Part shown: positions 38,701 to 50,700 of the stretch, piece by piece
Numbering within the stretch: the stretch's first letter is position 1
How the letters are laid out: each line of letters begins with the position of its first letter
Origin: Takakia lepidozioides
Taxonomy: Eukaryota; Plantae; Bryophyta
Reading direction: 5' to 3'
DNA: 64,000 bases
NCBI GenBank assembly: GCA_030704615.1
Contig: CM060733.1
Span: forward strand, 30,814,001 to 30,878,000
Program-made: the position numbers and the translations under genes
Notes under the pieces: generated by a model
The model's database searches: none
The model's input: the letters and a program-made list of their open reading frames with translations, nothing else
What the model was told of the DNA's origin: nothing

Positions 38701-41700
38701 TGGGTGTCACATGATTCCGGCCCCCCCCTGGTGGCCCCATGGCTGCCACAAATTGGATGTCGACCACTGCCCGGAAACAGTTCTCTTCTCTGTCATACCT
38801 GTTGACGCCCAGTAAATGAGCCATAGGACCTTTCTAAAAGGTAAAGGGGCAGCAGAAGAGAAATAAGAAGAAACAAAACCTTATGCATCAAAGAGAGCCC
38901 CCAAAATGGATGTACTGAGATGGAGGGCCTTGGGGTAAGCTGCCACGCATAGGTAGGGCCTATGAAGACTCCCAGAGACAGTATAAATAAGAGGAGATAG
39001 GGAAAATGTTCAGAATCTAATACTCACTAAACCCACTGAGAACACTGTGAAGGGGATTATTCTTTTGGAAGGAGGATCAGGAGTAAGTGATGGTACCATC
39101 CTCCATGATCCATCCACTGGCGTAAGATTTCGATGGGTGGCTGAGCACCATATGTTTCAACAGTGGGCATGTTCAAGTCATCCACAAAGACAACACATTT
39201 GGACCCAATTGGAGGACCGTACACATTCTTGCGTCTCTTGTCCAATTTGGAATCAATTATCTCCTGTGCATGCCCCATCAGCCTTCTCAGGACAGATTCT
39301 CAGAGAGAGCAACACTCACATCGTGCAGAATCTAGCTCTTTCCTAAGCATTGCCTCCCCCCGTCACATCAGGTAGTGGTCAAGTGGTGACAGATGAAATG
39401 AACCTGATGTATAGGTTCCTTTTTACTTTCTTTCATCTTCTTTTGTTACTGCTTGGTTTCTTGCTAACAGCTGTACACCCACAATATTTCTTACCTGTGT
39501 CTGATTCGCATTGGTTTGGGCAGAAAATGTCATCATGATGTTCCGATATATCTTTTGATCAATACCATAGGACAACTGATTCTTAATGTACACAGTCTTT
39601 CCTGCAAATAGAGTAATACACAAATTCTTCTGTGAGCTGCTCAAAGTCGAAGTTCTCTGTTGTCTCTGTCAGTCTATTCAACTTGCAAACTCTTCAGGTA
39701 GAAGGGGGCTGGCCACTTTCCCCTGAAATACCAGACATGGTGAGCCATTTCTCTAGGTTGCTACTGAGCTCTGGAGCCCTTTTTTAAATCCAAGCGAGGC
39801 CCAGACAACCATGGGAGGGAGAGCTATAATGATTAGATACTAAATGGGGAAATGAAATGGTCTTTTCAAAAAGAGAATGTACTCATGAGACACAGTTTGC
39901 CGTAGCCTTGTGGCCATAGAAGCCAGTTTGGGTGGAACAAGAGGGAACAGACACTACCTTTGTGAGGGGCTCACTCCAGTAGTGGGACTAACCTTGGTAC
40001 AACCAGTTGTTTCGGGTTTTCCAGATTTCCTCTACAAAGCCCATCACACAAGCATCACTCTGCTGTGTGTAAGCTTCCAGCAATTAGACCCCAACAGGGC
40101 CAGGGCTTTGGGCTCAGCCTTGAGATTTTGACAGTTGGTGAACAATGTTCTCGATGGTCCTCTGAGAGGGGTTCGCTCTGTGATGAGAATACCCCTGGAC
40201 ATTGTATCAAACAATGAATATTGTCTTCAGGCTGCCTGCACATCGGGCACTGACAATCTCCCTTTCCTGTCTGCATCTGTTTATGTTAAAAGGTAGACTC
40301 CCCCCCCCTCAGATTAAATTTCAGTCTGCGCCATCGTCCTCAACCATGTCACAAACTGGAAACAAGTTCGGGGAAGTTTTATGCCTAACTTTGTTTTGTT
40401 CAGACATTCTATGTGCTTGCCTTCAGCCTCCAAGTCAGCTTCATCCAGCAGGGGTCAGTTCTTAGAGTCTACTTTTCAGGTACTTCAAAAAAGTCCTTTA
40501 CCTTTTCCGCATCTGTTTTACAGGACAGTCTTGCTTCCAAGTCATAGAGTCACCATCTCAGGGTATCTCATGCTATTCAACTGACCCACCATCTCACCTT
40601 AACTCATCATGACAAGAGCTCAAGATGATTGATTTAAGGTGATTGATTGAGTCAAGGTGATTGATTTAAGGTGATGATTGATTTCCTGGTTGCGCACACT
40701 GGGCATAGGCGATCCTCCCGTTGCAGGTTTTCCCATCTACCAGTCTCTATCCATAGATTGTGGGAGTCCACCCTGAACCGCCCCAATGCCCTGAGGAGGG
40801 AGGGAGCTAAAGGCATTGAAAGGTAATTGGGCCACAAGATTCTATCGTCACGGAGAACCAAGAATAGCTCCCAATAGAAATGGAGTTTTGTTGTGAGAGT
40901 GGGTAGCTTCCAAGTTCTCCTGACCTGTAGTTCCATAAGTTCTGTTCTGATGGGTCTGTTGCGATCTTGTTTGGATGTGATTTCCACCCCTTCTCTATTT
41001 TGTGACAATAGGGAAGCAATAGAGAGTCCATTGCGCTCAAGAAAACTGCACACCCAAGCATACCAGGAGGCCTTGAAGCTGTTTTGAGCCTAATAGATGT
41101 TGTGAGGGCTCTTGCAATGAGGCCTCTGGGTGGAAGGCCTTGTAACCTTGTAAAAGAGATTGTAAGGTGGAAGAGGGCCTCGGTTTGAAGTGGCACGCAT
41201 GCAAACTCTGCACATAGGATGTATGATGGAGTCGTGCTTCTAGAACCAGGCATTGCTTGGAGAAAAGATGACTGCAACGGTTCCAGATTTTTCTCCCACC
41301 AGGAAACTGGGACACCAGGTGCCCAGAACTCACAGGCATAAGTGGCGGCTGGGGTGACAACTGTCAAAGAGCCACTTTTTGGTTGGGGGGTGCTGCAGAT
41401 GTATCTGTTTGCATTTGGCCTGAAGGTGGACGGAGGCAGCCTTGCCCTTTGTCAATCTGTCCAAAGCAGACGAGGCGAAGTGGAATATGGGTGAGTGGAT
41501 AACCAGACCCAGGTATTGGTGCGATTTGACAACCTCAACTTCCTGCTGGTGGAAGATGAATCTGCGGTCCGCATGGCCATTGAGTACCATGATCATAGTT
41601 TTGCTAAGATTGACCTGCAACCCATAGTCTTTGGAGAAATTTTCCAGGATGTGAAGATGGCGTTGTAGGAAGACAGGAGATTCTGCAAAGAGGGCAACAT

Positions 41701-44700
41701 CATCAGCATAGAGAAGTGCTGACTGCGTTGGTCCCCCATCCAAAGGCACCCCAACTCCATGGTTTTTTGAAATGTAACCCTCCAGAGCGTCTATGTAGAT
41801 CCCGAAAAGGGTAGGTGAGAGGGGCAGCTCTGTTTGACCCCAACGTTGCTATGCACCTCTGCCGAGGATTCCCCTGCGACTTTGACCATGCCAATGACAA
41901 TCTCATACATGGAAAGCCATGTTGCACAGCTTCATTGAAGAGATGTGCTATAAATGGGGCCAAAGTCGTTGCCGCAAGTTTGATGAATTCACAGTGTAAT
42001 CCTGATATATCCAATGCCCTGCCATTTTGCAGCTTCTTGAAAGAAAGAAAGAAAGAAAAAAAGAAGAGAATTGTACAATGGCCACATGAAGCTCAAAGAG
42101 CTTATGGGACAAGAAATAAAATGAAATGATACTTTATACTATCTGCAGAAAGTTCAAAGAGCTTATGGGACAAGAGAAAGAATGAAACAAGAAAGAGAGA
42201 GGGGCCCTCCCCAACCAGCCCAAAAACAAAAGTCCACTTACCAGTGCCGGTGGGACCGCCAAAAAGGACATGTTTTTGATGAGTGACCAGGAGCACCAAC
42301 AAAAATGCATAACGTGCTGTGTCAATTGTTGCCACAATGATATCATTGAATTGTGCATCGGGAAGGGGACCCCGCTTATCGATCGTATCCATCCAAAGCT
42401 TCCATGCACACTCCACCTTTTGGAAGGTAAAAGCAAACACTGAGGCCACCTCAGGAAAGGGCAGTGCAAATGGGAATTTTGGTTTCTGGACAACAAACCC
42501 TGCAGTGAGCTCATAGCCCAAGTCATCTTCATGAGCTAACAATTTCCGCAAAAATCCGTCAAATTTCCCTCTAGCATCATTGTCAATAGATGCCCCAACT
42601 GACCACACAACAGACATAGCAAACAGACACTGCAGCCAAGTATCCTTATCACCACCTGTTGGTGCAGACATACCGCCACCACTATCATCAGGAGCACTTG
42701 AGCCTCTCCTGATCTTCACTTCAGGAGTCTTAAACTCATCCAGCAGACTTTCAAACATTTGCATGCAACTAACTGCCAGGTTTATCTCAGAAGTTGGGAT
42801 TGGCTCACGGCAGTATCGCTTCACGAAATCAACACAGGGATCCACCAGCCAATTAAGCAGTGCTTCCACCATTGTCATACCCTCTTTCCCAATGATAGAA
42901 AACTTGCCCGATGTCCTCATCAGCCATGATGTTTTCAGAGGGTGCCACCCTATTGTGCTAGGCTCTGTGTACACCATGCCACAGCGACTCACCGTGGCAG
43001 GTGAAGCGACCGCCAAATCTTGGACCTCAAAGATTAGGTTCATCTGAATAGTCATTTGAATAATTTCTCCACTCATCAGACACAGCTTTTTGTTGTCATC
43101 CAGCACTGTGTTCATGTTCTCTATCCACACCTGTTGTACACGATCTGCTTCTGTTAAGTGTACTAGGAACTGCTTGGCTGCACCTTTGAAGTCATGGGAT
43201 ACTGGTCATGCTAGTGACTAGCCCCTTGTGCACTCATGCATCGACAACCCCAAAGCACATTTCTTGGACAGAACATCCACTTTTGGAAAGAGAGTGACCA
43301 TCTGACAGACCTCCGTAATATTCCACATATATCCAACTCTCTTGATATACCATAGTAGTTCAGATAATGGCATCACGGAAGGATTGAATACATCCATGTA
43401 CAGACTAACAATTGAAAGGAAATGTGTAAATGAGCAAAAGGAGACCGTATCCAAGGCAGAAAACAAAGCCCTTTGCAAGCAGATATTCCTAAACCCATCC
43501 AACAATGGATCAAAAAAAGAAAGAAGAGACATTAGCAGAAAGCTACAAGGGAACAAAAAGAAAAAGCGAGGCGGAAAAATAATGAACAAGTAACAACCAA
43601 GCATAAAGAAGGAAAAGCGACCAATCTAAAAACAAACAAATGACCACTGATTACAGGAGGAAGAGGAGACTGTCGTGGAGTACATATCAATGGGAGAGCA
43701 TTGTAAACTCTGGAACTCACATTTCCTTTGAGTGGTACCCCAAGAATTAAAGGTAACCACAACCAAGGTAAAGAAGAGCATGTCATGGGAACAAAGGGAA
43801 CCAAAGGGAACCAAAACAAAACGACAAGGAATAGACAAAACAACAAAAAGGAAGAAACCAGAAAGAATGTTGTCCCATCACTTAAAGAGTCAATCCAAGA
43901 GAACGAGATATATCATGGACTACAAAATTAAAAAAGACTGAACAACACACAAAAATAATTAGACAGCAGCCTTGTATCTTAGAGAGTCAACATAAAGCAC
44001 ATCATAACTCAAGTGAGGAGATTATACAGTTGAGAGTAGATTTTATGTTAGAGTCAATACCTTCCAAGGGCTTAAGTCCTGTGCATTGTGCGACAGACTG
44101 CAGTAGTCAAGGCAGTTTGACTTCTAGCATGACCTCCAAGATGGAGCTTGGAATATGATGTGGTGGACCTAGTGTCATCTTCTTGTGTGAAGACAACTGT
44201 GTGTGAGAACAGGATAGACCCTATGTTTGTTTTCTATCCGTTCGCTTGCTGCTATGCATTCTTCTCCACATAAGCTCTAGTGGACGATTTTTTGTTATTT
44301 CTCTCTGGCTTATTTTATACGTCTGTTTTGAAAAATTCATCCACAAGTTCCCTAGAGCCTCCTGCAGTCACAGTTCATTTTCTTATGCAGACTTCAAAAG
44401 AATGGGAAATTCAGAAGCTCGAGAAGGAGGGGAAAGTTTAACTGGCTCTTACCGCATCCACAGGCCCATCAAAAATAACCCACTTCCGATCAAGGGTCTG
44501 GTCAACAGCCGCATTACGAAATGCCTTGGCAAGGATCCCGTCTGTCCATTCATGAGAGACAGGGTCAAACTGACCATACAACTGACCTATGTAGATGGAC
44601 TTAGGATTCAGGCAGATACACCTGGTAACATTCTCAGGTTCACCCGCTGCTTTCATGTCCCCGAGAGCTGCTGCCAGAACTCTATAGCACTCAGTCTTGG

Positions 44701-47700
44701 CTCCATAGGAATATCCCACCAGCATAAGCCCATGTCTCACTAGAATCATTTCATACAGCTGAAATATCTGCATTGTTGCTCATTGCTCAAAGTGAGTGAG
44801 AAGAGGAAGAGCAACAAAGAGTAAGCTGGGGAGAGGAGGTCTGAGTGAAGGTTGGCCGCTGTGCTGTCTGCCACAAGAGCACCATGAAGAGGTGCCTAAT
44901 ACAGCTTCACAGTTAAGGAAATAACATGGTTTATTATATGAGTTCAAATGAACTAAGAGACACAAACAGTCCCAGCCAGTGTGCAATGTTTAAAGGACAA
45001 ATACTCTTAGACATTAGATCCACACTCAAGGAGTTTAGTATATCATGACTAAGAGTTAACTTCATCCAGGCCAGGAGCCTCTGAAAGTACAAACAGCATC
45101 CACAGGAAGTCCTAGAGCATAAACATACATTCCTGCAGAAACCAGAAGCTTTGTGTGATCAGTAGCTTCTTTCAGACTTGAAAGGAGATGGGCTGAGTAT
45201 TACCTTCTCTATAAAGATTGGGTGTGGCTGCAAGTTCATCTTTATACAATTGGCAAGAATGTGGACTGTCATGATGTCATAGTCTGGCTTGGGGAGATTA
45301 ACGCCTGGAAATAAATCCATCAGAATACCTTCAAATAGAGGTACATCATGTGCTAAGAACTTGGGTAGATTCACATCTTTTAGAGACTTCAGCATAAGGA
45401 CATCTTCTCTCTCTTCAGGATATTTCTGCTTAACAGCACCTGCAGCTCGAAGCACTGAAATGACAGCTCGCATACCATAGTCATAATGTGTCTGACTGGA
45501 CAACTGCTCACTGCCATGGGATAAGCGAAACATGGCTTTCTTCAGTTAGTGCAAGTTCCATGTGTTCTTTGTGTATGTATTAGAGAAAGAATGAAATGAA
45601 ATGGTACTTTGTAACATAGGTGGGAAGCTCAAAGAGCTTATGGGACAACAGGAAGAAATGACATGAAATGGTACTTTATAAAAAAACAAGAAAGAGAGAG
45701 GGCCACAAACACCCCAAAAGCAACTAAAGCTCATGGGATTGTCTAAGAGTCAACCCTTCATGCAGGTAAGCTGTCAAGCATTTCTGATCCTCGTAATGGA
45801 AGACCTCCTGGAGAGATTGGGTATCCCGGAATAGACAGTTGAATCTCCCATGGATCTCATAATATAAAGGGCAGTGAGAAATGAAATGAAATGAAATGGT
45901 ACTTCATAACGTCCGCGGAAAGCACAAAGAGCTATGGGACAAAATGGGAAAAAACAGAGAGAGGAAACAAATCCAGAGCCAAAAAACAGCCCAAAAGCAA
46001 CTACTGCTCAAGGGATTGCCTAAGGGTCAAGGCATTGTCCAGGTAAGCTGCCAAGCACAGAAAGAAAAGAACTTTACAGCATCCATAGGCAGCAGTCTCC
46101 CCATGGCATCCCTCCCAGACCTACCATGGGGTAGCCAACAGTGAGATGTGAAACTCAGCCCATATTCATGTAGCAGAAAAAAATAAAGTAACAGGGAAAA
46201 GAGTGTGGACTTATGCACTTACATAGACTAGAATGCCTCATTTTCAGCACTGCTTCTCTAGCCTTCTAGCTGGCCAAAGCTGGATAAAAGTTGCAGTGGT
46301 TGCCCTATAGAAATGTACTCATAAGACTGCCGTAGCCTCTCAGTTTGAGTGGAACACAAAGGGACAGAAACTACCTTTGTCAGGGGCTGACGCCGGTAAT
46401 ATGACTTACCTTGGAACAGACAATTAATCCGAGTTTTGTGGTCGCCCTATAGAGAAGAACAGAAAGGCATTTTAAAACATTCACAGGAGGTGGGGGGAGG
46501 GAAAAAAGTAATACAGTGGTTTTCTTTTTCGCAATTTTTTAGGGTCATCTGAGGAGGCCAATGCCTGGGTAGTGATTGCACTACAAAAAGAGCACGGGGA
46601 CTAAGGGTTCCTTTCCATCTACACCCACTAGCTTTCCATCAACACCGACTCACCTACTCACCTACTCAACCTCAATTCTAAATAGTGGACACGGGGTGAG
46701 TGGGTGTAGATGGAAAGAAAGGCACCCCTAGCACTCTGAACCAAGAGACCAAAGTCCCTCCTTGCTAGCCAAGCAGCTGTGTCACCTAGCATTTACAATA
46801 TACTTCTGGTTGGTGGAAAGGAGTTTTCTAGCAGAACAATGCAGTGTTCTCAGGCTTGTGTCAGAGCATTGAGGTGGGTGGAATACTCCAGCCTAAAGTG
46901 TACTCTCCAAGAACACCAACAATCTGAGGATTGGTTCATGTAGGCAGTCTGGGGAACAAGGAGTAGTGTGGTGCTGCTAACCTCCATGCTGTATGGACTA
47001 GCTGAGATAAGACATTGTTCAAAGGAGACCATTGCAAACCTCTGCTGCCATAATGTACAGGTTATAGACATGGTAGTTGGGACAACCTATTATCACAACA
47101 AAATAACAGAATGCACCAACCCCACCCTAACCCTACACACAAGTATGCATATGTGACTTGAATGCTTACCTGCACAAGCGATAGGTAGCCACAAGCTTGC
47201 GAGCTTGTGCACGAGCATCAAGGTATCCAAAGGAGTACAGCGTAATCTCTGAAATCAAGGCATAGTCAGGAACCATCATAGCAACTGTCCGAAACAAGGC
47301 CTTCAAGTTGTCGGGGAGCTCTGAGCGTCCTGCATAGCCAGGATTCATTGTAATGAAGCAATTACATGTCGGTTTTAGTGAAAGTTTTGTTCCTTCGAAG
47401 TCGAATTGCTTTACGTTTGCTGCTTTTGCTCGTTGGATAGTTAGAATTTGTTGTGCAATCACACTCAGTACCTGTTTACAACCATCAAAGCAAACTCACA
47501 TCTACAGTGTCAGGTTGTCTTAGTGGAACAATTGTTGGCTAAGTTGCACCCTAAAACATGAAACTTGGTGTACTTTAAGCATACTCCAATGATTTGTTGA
47601 CATACTTTCACATTAGTCATTTAAACAAGGGTTTACAGAGTTGAAGTTACGATACCCTACATTTTAACATGGAGGTCATGGCATATGACTGAACTGTCTT

Positions 47701-50700
47701 CTCAGAGACTGACTCATCCTTATCAGAGGGCTTAAAGACCAGAAGTGCTTAACAACATATGCCTACTGGACAATTCATGTCCAGGCATTGTTGGGCAGGA
47801 ACTTGGCCCTCAGGGCTTGTTTTTCACATGTTTATTTGGAACTTTATTCTGGTACAGTACATTCTTTGGGATTTCAGTGCACTAGATTTTCTTCTTCTCT
47901 TCATTCTTCTAGCAAAAAAGAGACCTTGAGAATAGACTTGATAAACCAACATGCCAACGAAGCCAGCACAAGTACTCAGGAAATAGTCCAAGTGCAGCCC
48001 AACTCCAAGAGAGTACTCAAGCGAGACTCTTTCCCAATATGCACAAACAGACAATTTTTAACTGTCAGAGTCCAATAGGAAACAATATCAATTGCATCTG
48101 ACCTCAAGTTCAATCCTGTTGAACTCATCAAAGCAAGCCCACGCGCCAGAGCTGGCCAACCCTTTAAAGAACTTGCCCATGGCCAGATAGTCAAGACCAT
48201 CAGAACAATTGAACACCACGCACTGCATTGCAATAGCTTTCGCAAGGTCCTTGGTTGTCTCAGTCTTACCAGTACCTGTACGAAAGAAAACATACCAGAG
48301 ATAAGTCCATTTGTCCACCTTTGTTCTAGAACATTATGGAGGGAGTTTGCATGAACACATACTGTCGATGCCCTTTGTCGAAGTAAAAGGGAACTGTGCA
48401 GTGTTCTTCCAAAGAAGACTATCTATTAATTGAGAGGACTAGAAGTTTCAAAGCCACTGTCTTTGGTCTATTTGATGGAGTAAAGTATAGCACATGGTCT
48501 GAAATATTATGGAAGTCATCCTATCCTGCAAAGTCTGCAAAAGCAATCCCACATTACATCAGCAGGATGCTATGGTAACAGAACGTTGCCAACGTTGGAA
48601 GATATAGTACCTGCAGGCCCCTCAGGAGCTCCTCCCAAATTGAGATGGAGAGCTCCCATTAGCGTTCGATAGCAACGGTCTGTTAGTGGGGTGATAACCA
48701 GTCGACCGCTGTTCCCCAAGTATTCGAAAGCATACCATATTCCAGCATTGATCATGCGCACTATTACTGCATCTTGCTCATATCCATACCTGTGTCAGGA
48801 AACAAGTGAATGTGAGACTTGTAACAATGAAGGCCATTCTGGATGTGAAGGCATCTGATCGTCCATGATGAAAATGGCGATGGTGAAGGGATAACACTCC
48901 CTATCCCTAAATCATTTTATTACCTTCTGACCCACGTAATTTTTATAAGAAATTAGAGTGCCACTTACCTCAGCTGACAGATCCAATCGAAGTCAGTTTC
49001 TTCAGTCAAATTGGCATCTGCCAACTCCTTGACCACATCACGAGCATGAACATCTATCACAATGAGCGCTCCTATTGTTTTCCTTTCGAGACTTGTCAGC
49101 TTCCCACGGACCTGGATATATTATACAAGCACTTAAATGCACAAAGATTCTCCAATGCGCCCCTCACCCATTTTCATCTCCCCTTCCCTTCCTTTTTTAT
49201 CTCCTTTCCTTCCATCTTCTTGGGCAAGGGAAAGGGAAAACACACAACACTTCAATATCAACTTAGGCACAGACAACCTGTTGTCCAGCTAAAAAGTAGT
49301 TAGCTGTGACCCTCCTTGGGTCTAGAATCTGGGGATATTTCAGCATCAGATTGATGCATGAGAGGCTACTAGGAAACTCTGGGAGACCAAAAGCAAATTC
49401 ATTGACAAAAGTAGGACCCAGTTCAATCAGCAGCCATGGCATAAGCCCCATATTACCCCTCAGTCATCCCCACTGCCTCTCCCAGCCTTGACAGCGCCAC
49501 CCAGACCAGATGTGGGAAGTATTGCCACAAGGCTGTGACAGAAGTCTCACAGTACCTTGTACAAAAGAGGAAACACACACACACACACCTTGTTTACAAT
49601 AACTTGGAGTTGTTTGGTACATCTCTGTTCATAGAGCACAAGTTCCCCTTTGCGTATGCTCTCAGCCACCTCTGCAGTCCAATACATTTGAGATCCGCAA
49701 AGGACAACCTGCCCTGGCCACTCAAGCACCCACTGTATTCTCTCTGTAACAGCATACGCTTCATATGCCCGTCTTGTTACATCCACCAGGCTATCTCGCA
49801 TGGCTTCCTCAACCTGCTCCACAACAATTGCTTCAACATTGGTGCTATCCATAATTTAAAATGGCATTATGGTAGACTGATATTTCTACCTCTGAAATCG
49901 GCAACATGAGATAGCAATCGTCAATAAGATACAAACCTCTAAGAGCCATTTCTCCACAGCACCCTGAGCTGTCTTAGGATTGAAGTGAAATATGAAGTCA
50001 ACGCGTTCACCTTCTTCGCTTAGCATCGCAACAATGTCAAGATTTGGCATAAACACAAGGCGGTTGATTCCTTCAAAGATTTTTTTACAAAAAGGTTGCA
50101 CTCGCAAGGGATCCTTTGTCTCAGCTAAAATCTCCAGCAGCTCATCATTAGACAAGAAAAAGAATCTACAAATGCCACACACACAGAACTTCGGCAAATT
50201 AAGTCAATAATACACAAACGGAATGTACTGGTTCATTGGAAACTGACATGAACAAAACGACTTATGTATCAGGCCTTATTCCCTCAACAGAGGAGGAGGG
50301 AAGGAAGTAGCGGAGGAAGGCAGGAAGCCTTCTTCTTAACAACTAAAATGGCAGGGACAACAGGTAGAGAAAAAAGAAATGAACCGAAATGTATAACGTC
50401 CGCGGAAAGCTCAAAGAGCTTATGGGACAAAATGGAAAAAACAAGAGAGAGGAAACAAAACCAGAGAAGAAACCAGAAAGAAATGAAATGCAAAGAAATG
50501 AAATGAAATGGTGCTTCAAGTGTCCACAGGCTGCCCGAGGGCCCATGAGACAAAGCAACCACAACATCAAAATACGCCAAATTTTGCACAAAAATGAAAT
50601 GAATTGAAACGGTACTTTATAACGTCCGCGGAATGAAATGAAATGAAATGGCACTTTATAACGTCTGCGGAAAGAAAGTGTGTGGCATAGATGTCTTGGG

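Noticed and set aside
33045-50675. CRISPR-like array of recurring ~60-bp repeats
   Set aside because: Spacing is irregular, the context is eukaryotic introns, and the sequence between repeats is LINE ORF remnants.
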